Source: Candidatus Bathyarchaeota archaeon (GTDB lineage Archaea; Thermoproteota; Bathyarchaeia; TCS64; PIYN01). From it: DNA of 64,000 bases. This document shows positions 8,827 to 17,336 of the stretch, one piece after another; position 1 is the first letter of the stretch, and every line of letters starts with the position of its first letter. The stretch covers positions 27,758 to 91,757 of the forward strand of contig PIYN01000001.1 of assembly GCA_003601775.1 (NCBI GenBank). Reading direction: 5' to 3'. The position numbers and the translations under genes were made by a program. The notes under the pieces were generated by a model. The model had not been told where the DNA came from. It saw nothing but the letters and a program-made list of their open reading frames with translations, and did not search any database.

Positions 8827-10185
8827 TCAACAATCTTCTAAGTCGGCCCCCTCAACCATTAGAGGGTTGCTGGATGTAAGGGATCGGACCACGAGGGGAG
8901 CGACGGTGATGTGGCCGGTCTTCTCCGTTCGGTACCACCCCTCCTCCAGGTTCCCATCCTCGAGGATAAGCCCCCTTATGCTGGCCAGGGCCAGGAAGGG
9001 AGCCGTCGCGGTGAAGGTGAGCGGGAAGAGCACCAGCCCCAGGAGGTTCTCCCTGACCCCCCCAGCGACCCAGGAGGCCGTGAGACCCATGGAGAGGGGT
9101 GCGAGGAGGTCGAAGAGGAAGAGGAGGAGGCCGAGTCTCGTGGACAGGGGGCCGGAGGGGGTGGGGTCGGCTATCAAGGTGCACCCCACGCCCAACAGGA
9201 AGAGGACGGATTGGAGGTAGAAGAGGGAGAGGAGGAGGAACTCCATCTTCTGCCTCAGGGTCATCAGGGGGGAGGTCAGCACCCGTTTGAAGTAGTTCCT
9301 CGCCACACGTATATGACCCTCTGCCCACCTCATCTGCTGCCTGATGTAGTCCCGCAGGGTGCTCGGGCACTCGGCCAGGACCCTGAGCCTCGGGTCGTAG
9401 ACGATCTCATAGCCCTCTAAGTAGAGGCGGAGGGTGAGGTCCCAGTCCTCCGTGAGGCAGTTGGTCGAGAAGCCGAGTCTCCGTATCACCTCCGTCCTGA
9501 GGATCATCGCCCCCCCTGTCAACTGCTTCAGGGTATCGAGGAGGCTCCTCGCGTAGAAATCGACGAGGTACCCACTTATCGTCGAGACCCTGACGACCCG
9601 GGTCACTGGGGTCTCATCCCAGTTCAGGACATGATCCTGGTAGCCCTGGACGGCTGCGACCCTGTCATCCTCGAAGTGCTCCAGGCCTCTCTGAAGGATG
9701 TCGGGCGGCGGGATGAAGTCGGCATCGAGGAAGAGGACGAAGCGGCTCTCAGGGCTGAGGTGCCTGAGGCCCTCGTTGAGGGCACCTCCCTTGAAGCCCT
9801 CCCTCCGATCCCTGTGGATCACCCTCACCCTGGGATGCCTCGCCCACCTCTTGATCCTCCTGAGGGACTCGGGGTCCGTGGAGTCGTCGACGACGATGAT
9901 CTCGTACTCCGGGTAGTCGATGGAGGTGCAGGCCCTGAGGAGCCTATCCACGACCCTTGCCTCGTTGTAGATGGGGAGGATTATGCTGACGAGCCCCCTA
10001 TAGTCGTCGCCTCCCCCCCTCTCAGGGGGCCTCCCCCCGAGTAGCGTGACGAGGGCGTAGAGGTAATACCGCGCCGCGTAGATGGTGAAGGAGATGCAGA
10101 TGAGGAGGCTTAGGATGGTCGGGACCCAGCCGAGGTTCAGCGTCTCCCCTCCCCCCTGGGGGTCGCCAAGGCGAAGAGGAGGCAG
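8827..10185 (-). CDS. GT2-family glycosyltransferase with C-terminal multi-TM domain (cellulose-synthase-like architecture). The open frame extends upstream of the annotated GTG at 9951 to 10185 without a canonical start.
   Basis: The track ORF starts at a GTG (9951), but the same frame stays open for another 78 codons. Those codons encode a TM helix and the GT2 core motif GLVSIILPIYNE. The core also has IIVVDDSTD and DADF(I) DxD-like motifs, and a QxxRW-like QQMRWAEG motif. At least four C-terminal TM helices follow. Confidence 0.6.
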   Translation of the reverse strand: MPPLRLGDPQGGGETLNLGWVPTILSLLICISFTIYAARYYLYALVTLLGGRPPERGGGDDYRGLVSIILPIYNEARVVDRLLRACTSIDYPEYEIIVVDDSTDPESLRRIKRWARHPRVRVIHRDRREGFKGGALNEGLRHLSPESRFVLFLDADFIPPPDILQRGLEHFEDDRVAAVQGYQDHVLNWDETPVTRVVRVSTISGYLVDFYARSLLDTLKQLTGGAMILRTEVIRRLGFSTNCLTEDWDLTLRLYLEGYEIVYDPRLRVLAECPSTLRDYIRQQMRWAEGHIRVARNYFKRVLTSPLMTLRQKMEFLLLSLFYLQSVLFLLGVGCTLIADPTPSGPLSTRLGLLLFLFDLLAPLSMGLTASWVAGGVRENLLGLVLFPLTFTATAPFLALASIRGLILEDGNLEEGWYRTEKTGHITVAPLVVRSLTSSNPLMVEGADLEDC

Positions 10186-11558
10186 TTAAACATGAAGGGC
10201 CCGCAGGTCAGGACCTCGAAGCCGTGTTCCTCCAAGAGACACGCCAACTCAGCCCTGGTGAAGGTGGAGTGGTTCGCCTCCAGCTCCCTCCTCCTTAAAT
10301 TCGTCCATACGGCCTCAACGAGGCCCCAGAGCTTCCCCCTCCTCGGCGTCGTTATCACCAGGAGGCCTCCAGGCCTCAGGAGCCTGCGGAACTGTTCGAG
10401 GGCCTCCCCCGCCTCCCTCTTGAAGTGCTCCAAGACCTCTGAGCAGATGATGGCGTCGAAGGAGGCCTCCGCGAAGGGGAGGCTCCGTGCATCCCCCATT
10501 AGGTAACTTGGCTTGATGGAGTTTATATGTCTCCTCCTCCCCTGGCACCAACGTAGGAAACCCTCCCCGATATCCACCCCGTAGACCTCGTACCCCTCCT
10601 CACCCAGTCTCTCCGTTAAGACCCCTGACCCACACCCGACGTCCAAGACCCTCCTCACACCCCTCCCATATCTCCTCAACGCCTCAAGTATCTGCCCGTT
10701 CTTATGTCGATGCCAGAACCTCCTCGGGAGGAAGAGGCTCCTGGACGCCCTGTAGTATACGTCTCCCGGGAGGGAGTCATAGAACCTCTTCAACTCCCCC
10801 TCATCCTCAAGCGTCCTCCCCCTCCTCTTCGACTCCAGCCATATCCTCACGAGGTCCATCCCCATCTCGAGGGCCTCCCTCCAGGCCCTGACCTTCGACC
10901 CGTCGACGTGGGACCACTCCACGGGCACCTCGACGATCCTGTATCCCCTCATCCAGGCCTTGACGACGAGCTCCGTGTCGAAGGCGAAGCCGTCGGTATC
11001 AACATCGTAGACCAGGTCCAAGAGGACCTCCCTCCTGAAGGCCTTAAAGCCGCACTGGACGTCCCTGACCCCGATTTTGGGGAAGAGGACTTCGAAGAGT
11101 GCTTGGTAGACCCCGCTGAGAAGGGCCCTGTGGATGGGCTGGCCGTTCTTAATCCTCGAATTTGGGAGTCTCCTTGAGCCGAGGGCGATATCGGCACCCC
11201 TCAGGATCGCCTCGGTGAGTCTCTTGATGTAGGGTGGCTCGACGGCGAGGTCCGCGTCCATGAGGATGACGATGTCGTTCTCCGACCTGAGGAGGCCGTG
11301 CTTTATACCGCCCCCCTTCCCCATCTTCTCTGGGAAGTGTACGATCTTCACCCTTCCGTCTCTCTCAGCATATCTCCTCGCGATCTCCAAGGTCCCATCG
11401 GTGCTCCCATCCTCCGCGATGATGACCTCGGCCTTAACCCCTTCCTCCCCGTCGAGGAAGGATAGGACCTTCTCCAGGCAGTCGGAGAGGCGCCTCCCCT
11501 CGTTGTGGGCTGGGATGATGATGGACCAAGTCCCCTTCTGCTTCAACTGTAGCAACAA
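10137..11558 (-). CDS. bifunctional GT2 glycosyltransferase (DPM1-like) / class I SAM-dependent methyltransferase fusion
   Basis: The N-terminal half has GT2 motifs WSIIIPAHNEG, AEDGSTDGT and DADL. The C-terminal half has the SAM-binding motif LDVGCGSGVL and a Methyltransf_11-like core. Confidence 0.7.
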   Translation of the reverse strand: MLLQLKQKGTWSIIIPAHNEGRRLSDCLEKVLSFLDGEEGVKAEVIIAEDGSTDGTLEIARRYAERDGRVKIVHFPEKMGKGGGIKHGLLRSENDIVILMDADLAVEPPYIKRLTEAILRGADIALGSRRLPNSRIKNGQPIHRALLSGVYQALFEVLFPKIGVRDVQCGFKAFRREVLLDLVYDVDTDGFAFDTELVVKAWMRGYRIVEVPVEWSHVDGSKVRAWREALEMGMDLVRIWLESKRRGRTLEDEGELKRFYDSLPGDVYYRASRSLFLPRRFWHRHKNGQILEALRRYGRGVRRVLDVGCGSGVLTERLGEEGYEVYGVDIGEGFLRWCQGRRRHINSIKPSYLMGDARSLPFAEASFDAIICSEVLEHFKREAGEALEQFRRLLRPGGLLVITTPRRGKLWGLVEAVWTNLRRRELEANHSTFTRAELACLLEEHGFEVLTCGPFMFNCLLFALATPRGEGRR

Positions 11559-11750
11559 GTGGGTGCACCAGTGGATCTCGGCTCTGATAGGTATCGGGGT
11601 TAAAACCTTATCTAAGCGTGCTGTAACCGAAAAAAGCCCTATAGGGATACATCTCTCTGATCCATATCTAAAACTGTCACCAGAGAGCCGAATACTCGGT
11701 TAAACAACTCTTATGTCAAATGAGCCTATTACTATACGTCCAGAGGGAAA

Positions 11751-14700
11751 ATGACGAGGACATCTACATACCTTCTCCTACTTTTGATGCTATCAGCAGC
11801 GATGCTACAGCCGATGGCTCTTCCGACGATCGCCCAGTCCCCAACCACCGGGACCATCCAAGGAGTCGTCTATGACCGCGTCACCGGCGAACCCATAGCG
11901 AATGCGAGGGTGGAGTTACGCCTCTCAAACGAATCTTGGACGTGGTTCAACGATACTTGGACCAACGCTGATGGGGAGTACTCCTTCGAGGTCCCGCCTG
12001 GGACCTATCATATCGTGGCGGATAAGTGGCCCAACTACACCGTGCCTCAGGTTGAGAAGTTTGTCGAGGTTGAGGCGGGGTCAACGGTCTCCGTCGACCT
12101 CTTCCTCTGGCCTACGGGCCGGGTCAACGGAACTGTGGCGTATGAGGGCATGACCTCGGAACAAGGCGCCGACGTGCTCTTCGTGAACGCGACCTCGGGA
12201 AATGTCGTGGCGAGGAAGTACGCTGGAGTCTGGGATGGAGGGTACATCCTGGACGTGCCCGTGGGGGACTACGACATCCTCGCCTTCGGCTGGGGCTATG
12301 GCCCCGGGCGGATGACCGACGAGATCTCCACCATCTCCGTCCTCAAGGGCGAGGAGACCCCCGTGGATATAGACCTCCGGGACTCGGGGATGGAGGTCTG
12401 GGTCCATACCCATGGGTGGAGGTGGGAGTACATGCCAGGGGCGTCGATGACCTGCATCGTGGAGGTCCAGAACACCACGACCTGGGAGCCGATCTCCAAC
12501 GCCTCCATCGTCCTCTACTTATTCGGCCCCGTCGATTGGCCCCACAGTGAGCCCTTCACCTACAGCGCAAGCTTCGACGACCTGGTGGAGGTGGAGCCGG
12601 GTAAGTATATCGCCAGGCTGGAGGTCCCATCTGACCTCTCCCCGGGGCAGTACAACATCTTCGCGGCAGTCAGGGAGGGAGGGCGGCTGGGTCTGGGGGA
12701 GATGTGGCTCTCCATCATCCAGTACAGGCTGGAGTGGTGCCACGCGAAGTCGGTCTACTCCCCCTCCGAGGAACTCTCCTTCAGGTTCACCGTCGACGAC
12801 GGCTCGGAGTACGTCACGGACTTGGAGATCTCCTACGCCATAGTGGAGCAGTTCAACGGGACCGAGTGGGTTCATAATGTCCTTGAGACCGGGAAGGCGA
12901 CCTATAATGAGGAGCTGAAGGAGTACGAGGTCACGGCGGAGGGCGTCACTGTCGTCGAGGGACACAAGTATAGGCTCTCCCTCTCCGTCGGCCAGAACAC
13001 CTACGACTGGTGGTTCGAGGCAGGCGACACGCCGGTGGTCCTGAAGGCTCTCTCCGAGTACCCGGTTCACATAGAACTCGGGATCAGGGACTACCCACCC
13101 TTCGTCTTCACCTGCGACAGGAAGGTCGTCATCATCGACGAGGAGGCCTACTACACGAAGATGCGGCTCCCCATCGCTGATGTAGACTGGATCCACCTCT
13201 ACTACGACAACGTATCGACGCCAGCGATGGACATCTTCGAGAGCTGGGAGATGGGACCCAACGCCACAGCCCTAATCGACCTTAACGACACCTTCGTATC
13301 CTTCACCACGGTCCCTGCCGGCGAGATCAGGGGCGTCATCAGGGACGATGAGACCGGTGAGCCGCTGGGGGACGTCGAGGTGCTGGGGATACCCATCAAG
13401 TACGGCGAAGCCGCGAGGTGGGCCTACGCCCGATCAGACTGGGATGGCTCCTACAGGCTCCCGGTCGTGGCGGGGAGGGCCTACCTCCTGAGGTTCTCCT
13501 CCGCCCTCTACGAGGTCTACAAGACGGATAACGAGACCCATGGCTATCGGGTGATGGAGCCCGGGGCGGTGGCGACGGTCGATGTGAACCTGACGAAGGT
13601 GCCGACGGGCGTCCTGACGGGCGTCGTCTTCTGGGACGTCGACGTGGACGGGGTCTACAACAGCTCCATAGATAAGCCCCTCTCCGACGTCTGGATCGGC
13701 TTCCACGACTACTCCTGGAACTGGCTCGGTGGCGTCACCACGGCGGCGAACGGGAGGTACACCTTCACGGTGAGGGCTGACACCTTCCTCCGCATCACGG
13801 CTTGGCTGAATGAGACCTTCCGCTCGAGGCCCATCGAGGGAGTCTCGGTCGCGGAGGGGGAGACGCTGAGACTCGATATACCGCTGGAACGGGCGATCAT
13901 CATCAGGGGCCGGATCGAGGGACCCGGGTGGGTCGACTGTCTACTCCTCGACGGGGACTATAATATCGTGGATAGGATCGGCGAGGGCGGTGGGTGGGAC
14001 TTCCAGTGGAGCGTCCCCGCCTCCGTGGAGACCCTCCTCTTCCGGACCTGGGGGGACTACTACCCGACAGAGGTGTCGCTCCCCAAGGTGAAGACGGAGG
14101 AGGAGTACGACATAGGAGTCATCGAGATGAACGCCACGACCCTGGACACCTGGTCCTACATGAAGGACTGGGACGAGGAACGTCAGCCAGGGGAGTCCGT
14201 CCTCTTCTACGTCGAGGCGGTGAACCGGTCGAGCTGGTCCGATAGGAGCGTGGAGGGGCTGGAGGTCAGCTACATGCTCTGGGACTCGACGGGGCGGTTC
14301 CTCGGCAGCGGCACGGGCGTCTACAAGGACGGGCGATACTTGGTGAATGTCTCCATCCCGCTGGAGGCGAAGCCGGGGCCGATCGAGCTGATCTTCATGG
14401 CGGAGAACGCCTCTCTCAACTACTACGGGGTATGCGGCGGATGGTTCCACATCACGACGCTGAAGATCGTGACCCTGAAGGAGGCGACGCCCTACTCGAC
14501 GGAGGAGTCACCGACCTTCGCCTGGCTCGTCCTCAACGCCTCCAAGCTCCCCGCCAAGGACGTCCACCTCGAGTACGAGGTCTACTCGACCTCTGGCGCC
14601 TGGGAGCAGATAGCCGCTGGGGACATCAGGGGGAGCCCGACCGGCGTCTACAATATCACCCTCCCACCCCAGGAGGAGGGAGGCTACCAGCTCCACGTCG

Positions 14701-17336
14701 TCTTCGACAAGCAGCTTGACCGATGGATATGGTTTGACGTCCTGGAGAACCTAACGAAGGTGAAGGTCTATGGACACGTCACGGACAAGGACGGCAGGCC
14801 CGTGAAGATGGCGGTGGTGGACCTCAGCGGGGGGTTGGAGGACCCCACGGGGAGATATCCGGGGGGCTACTGGGTCCACTACGTCACCATGACGAACGCC
14901 TCCGGCTACTATGAGGCCTTCATCCCCAAGGGAGGCTATGGGGTACACGTGACGAAGGGCTCGATGAGGACGCTCCCTGAGTGGCTCTGGATCGAGGTGC
15001 CTCCAAGGGTCTTCGACTTCACCCTCTACCAAGTCGGCTTCCTGGAGGGGAGGGTCATCGACCCGCCTCTGGGACAGGAGCCTGAACCAAGTCCTGAGGG
15101 GCCGATCTGGGTCGCGGTGACGATCAACGCGACTCTGACCTGGACGAACCTCTGGGACGCCTCCACGCCAGATCAGCACCTACCACCCTCCGGCACGACC
15201 TCCTACCTACCCGGAGTGGAGGTGGGAGACGAGGCCAACTACACCATCATGGTCTTCTTCGAGTCCAACGATCCCTCCGTCATCGAGGAGATGAAGAACC
15301 CGCCGGAGAACGAGACCGGTAGGATGCCGATGAATGGGACGATCACCGTCACGGTCCTCGAGGTCGACGGGAGCAACGTCACCCTCCTCTTCAGGAACTA
15401 CGACGAGAATGACGCCCTCAGGGAGGAGTACCTCTACTGGATCGACGTCGAGACGGGGGACACGATGGAGGAAGGGGAGGGGCCACCTCTCCTGATAGCG
15501 GCGAACCTCACCGCCGGAGACCACCTCTTCAACTTCTCAGAGGCACCGGTGATAGAGGAGACCATCGAGAGGCTGGTGACGGGCAAGTGGAGACTGGCTA
15601 ATCTACTCCACCAGAACGCCACAGAGGAGACACGCCTCCTCCTATGGGACAGGACAACGGGGATCCTCATCGAGGCGACCATATTCTCCAACGAGACCCT
15701 CACCCAGGAGCCGGGACCAGAACCCGGACCAGGACCCGAGCCTGAACCTGGACCAGAGCCGGGACCGGAGCCGGTTCCCGAGGGCGGAGGATACGAGATA
15801 GGGGCACAGGTGCTCTTCTGGAACTCTACCACGGGGAAGTTGGTCACCATGGAGTGGGTCTGGGGCTACTTCACGATCGCCGCCCCGACGGGTACCTACG
15901 ACCTCACCTTCGCGGACTGGGGGCTGATACCCCGGACGATCTACAACGTGACCATAGAGTCCGATGAGACGACGGACGTCGGCGACGTGAAGCTGTACCG
16001 GGTCGACCCGAGGTATGAGATGTGGACGGACTGCAGCCCCTGGCAGACGGTGCCGGGGAGGAACGTCACTATCGAGATCGATCTCTCCCAGAACAACTGG
16101 CAGCTCGAGTTATCGGAGAGCATAACGGGGCTGGTGGAGGAGAACTTCACCATCTACCTCATTGGGTGGAGGTGGCCCCAGCCCCCGACGGGATACGAGA
16201 AGGTACAGTTCGCCGTCGAGGAGGGCCCCGAGGGCGTCTATACCCTGAATATCACCATCCCGGAGGACGCTGAGGCGGGCTTCTGGGACGGGAGGGTCAT
16301 CGTCTCGACGGCTAACGGGACCTATCTGGTGAACTTCGGCTTCAACCTCGTCTCGCTCTACGTCGGCGCGACGCCACAGAAGCGCATCTTCGACCCAGGG
16401 GAGACCGTCTACCTCGTCACCATCGTGACGACACCAGACAACACCCAGGTCACGGGACTCGAGGACGTCGACTTCAGGATCCAGATCTTCGGACCCTACG
16501 GGGAGGTCTCAGGCAACTTCACATCAACCTTCTACGAACTGGGACACGGCGTCTACCTCATGGAGTTCTCCATCCCCAACGGGACGAAGCCCGGAGGATA
16601 CTCGATAGACGTGACGGTCACCGTCCCAGGCGTAGGCTCAGCCACAGACTGGCAGTGGTTCGAGATCGCGGGGAAGAAGGAGGAATACGGGCCCGGACCG
16701 GGTCCCGAGCCAGGTCCAGGACCGGCGCCTCCACCGCCACCTCCGCCTGAGGAGGAGAGGCCCCTCTTCGTGGTCGCGGCCAACCTAACTGAGGGTGACA
16801 CGCTCTTCGATGTCACCGAGGCCCCTGTCATCGACGAAACTCTCGAGGAGTTCTTCGCTGGGACGACCCGGCTGGTCAACTACCTCTACAAGGATGATAT
16901 CACCCCGGATGTGGAGGAGCATCTGACGGTGGGCTGGGATCGATCCACAGGACTGTTGTGCATAGTGGTCCATGAGGTCAACAAGACGAGTCCCGAGGGC
17001 AACACCTACATCTCCACCACCTTAACCCTGACCTGGACAAGCCTCTGGAACGAGACCACGCCACCCCAGAGCCTACCGGCGACCGGTGAGACAGAGTACC
17101 TCCCCGGCGTCTATGTAGGGGCCGAGGCTGAGTACAACTTCACGGTGTACTGGGAGTCGACGGACCCCTACTTCGTCTACGAGGGACCGGCGAATGGTAC
17201 GATAAGCCTGGAGATAACAGATGTCTACGACTCCACCGTCAAGATACATGTCACACAATACGAGGAGGGCATGGACATGCCGGTACGAGACGAGGAGTTC
17301 AACATCGATCTAACAACTGGCGAGATCTTCTATTAA
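11751..17336 (+). CDS. giant secreted cell-surface glycoprotein (1861 aa) with signal peptide, many N-glycosylation sequons, Pro/Glu-rich linkers and an internally duplicated, permuted C-terminal domain pair
   Basis: The N-terminus is a signal peptide (MTRTSTYLLLLLMLSAAMLQPMALPTIAQS). There are dozens of N-x-S/T sequons. Two PGPEPGPGPEPEPGPEP linkers occur at ~15708-15777 and ~16689-16748. Domain pair A1-B1 (15131-15700) recurs as B2-A2 (16762-17333). No C-terminal TM anchor. Confidence 0.7.
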   Translation: MTRTSTYLLLLLMLSAAMLQPMALPTIAQSPTTGTIQGVVYDRVTGEPIANARVELRLSNESWTWFNDTWTNADGEYSFEVPPGTYHIVADKWPNYTVPQVEKFVEVEAGSTVSVDLFLWPTGRVNGTVAYEGMTSEQGADVLFVNATSGNVVARKYAGVWDGGYILDVPVGDYDILAFGWGYGPGRMTDEISTISVLKGEETPVDIDLRDSGMEVWVHTHGWRWEYMPGASMTCIVEVQNTTTWEPISNASIVLYLFGPVDWPHSEPFTYSASFDDLVEVEPGKYIARLEVPSDLSPGQYNIFAAVREGGRLGLGEMWLSIIQYRLEWCHAKSVYSPSEELSFRFTVDDGSEYVTDLEISYAIVEQFNGTEWVHNVLETGKATYNEELKEYEVTAEGVTVVEGHKYRLSLSVGQNTYDWWFEAGDTPVVLKALSEYPVHIELGIRDYPPFVFTCDRKVVIIDEEAYYTKMRLPIADVDWIHLYYDNVSTPAMDIFESWEMGPNATALIDLNDTFVSFTTVPAGEIRGVIRDDETGEPLGDVEVLGIPIKYGEAARWAYARSDWDGSYRLPVVAGRAYLLRFSSALYEVYKTDNETHGYRVMEPGAVATVDVNLTKVPTGVLTGVVFWDVDVDGVYNSSIDKPLSDVWIGFHDYSWNWLGGVTTAANGRYTFTVRADTFLRITAWLNETFRSRPIEGVSVAEGETLRLDIPLERAIIIRGRIEGPGWVDCLLLDGDYNIVDRIGEGGGWDFQWSVPASVETLLFRTWGDYYPTEVSLPKVKTEEEYDIGVIEMNATTLDTWSYMKDWDEERQPGESVLFYVEAVNRSSWSDRSVEGLEVSYMLWDSTGRFLGSGTGVYKDGRYLVNVSIPLEAKPGPIELIFMAENASLNYYGVCGGWFHITTLKIVTLKEATPYSTEESPTFAWLVLNASKLPAKDVHLEYEVYSTSGAWEQIAAGDIRGSPTGVYNITLPPQEEGGYQLHVVFDKQLDRWIWFDVLENLTKVKVYGHVTDKDGRPVKMAVVDLSGGLEDPTGRYPGGYWVHYVTMTNASGYYEAFIPKGGYGVHVTKGSMRTLPEWLWIEVPPRVFDFTLYQVGFLEGRVIDPPLGQEPEPSPEGPIWVAVTINATLTWTNLWDASTPDQHLPPSGTTSYLPGVEVGDEANYTIMVFFESNDPSVIEEMKNPPENETGRMPMNGTITVTVLEVDGSNVTLLFRNYDENDALREEYLYWIDVETGDTMEEGEGPPLLIAANLTAGDHLFNFSEAPVIEETIERLVTGKWRLANLLHQNATEETRLLLWDRTTGILIEATIFSNETLTQEPGPEPGPGPEPEPGPEPGPEPVPEGGGYEIGAQVLFWNSTTGKLVTMEWVWGYFTIAAPTGTYDLTFADWGLIPRTIYNVTIESDETTDVGDVKLYRVDPRYEMWTDCSPWQTVPGRNVTIEIDLSQNNWQLELSESITGLVEENFTIYLIGWRWPQPPTGYEKVQFAVEEGPEGVYTLNITIPEDAEAGFWDGRVIVSTANGTYLVNFGFNLVSLYVGATPQKRIFDPGETVYLVTIVTTPDNTQVTGLEDVDFRIQIFGPYGEVSGNFTSTFYELGHGVYLMEFSIPNGTKPGGYSIDVTVTVPGVGSATDWQWFEIAGKKEEYGPGPGPEPGPGPAPPPPPPPEEERPLFVVAANLTEGDTLFDVTEAPVIDETLEEFFAGTTRLVNYLYKDDITPDVEEHLTVGWDRSTGLLCIVVHEVNKTSPEGNTYISTTLTLTWTSLWNETTPPQSLPATGETEYLPGVYVGAEAEYNFTVYWESTDPYFVYEGPANGTISLEITDVYDSTVKIHVTQYEEGMDMPVRDEEFNIDLTTGEIFY
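15708..15777 (+). repeat. low-complexity Pro-Glu/Pro-Gly coding repeat (linker 1) inside giant glycoprotein gene
   Basis: The protein sequence here is EPGPEPGPGPEPEPGPEPGPEPVPE. The nucleotide string ccgggaccagaacccggaccaggacccgagcctgaacctggaccagagccgggaccggagccg is imperfectly repeated. Confidence 0.7.
16689..16748 (+). repeat. low-complexity Pro-Glu/Pro-Gly/poly-Pro coding repeat (linker 2) inside giant glycoprotein gene
   Basis: The protein sequence is GPGPGPEPGPGPAPPPPPPPEEE. It is a second copy of the linker type at 15708, placed before the duplicated domain pair. Confidence 0.7.

Noticed and set aside
9631-10044. 137-aa plus-strand ORF opposite the GT2 gene
   Set aside because: It is antisense to conserved GT2 motifs (DxD, SIILPIYNE) and its composition is biased.
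16553-16879. Minus-strand ORF encoding GGGGGGGAGPGPGSGPGPGP
   Set aside because: It is the mirror image of the Pro/Glu linker repeat in the giant glycoprotein gene, not an independent gene.
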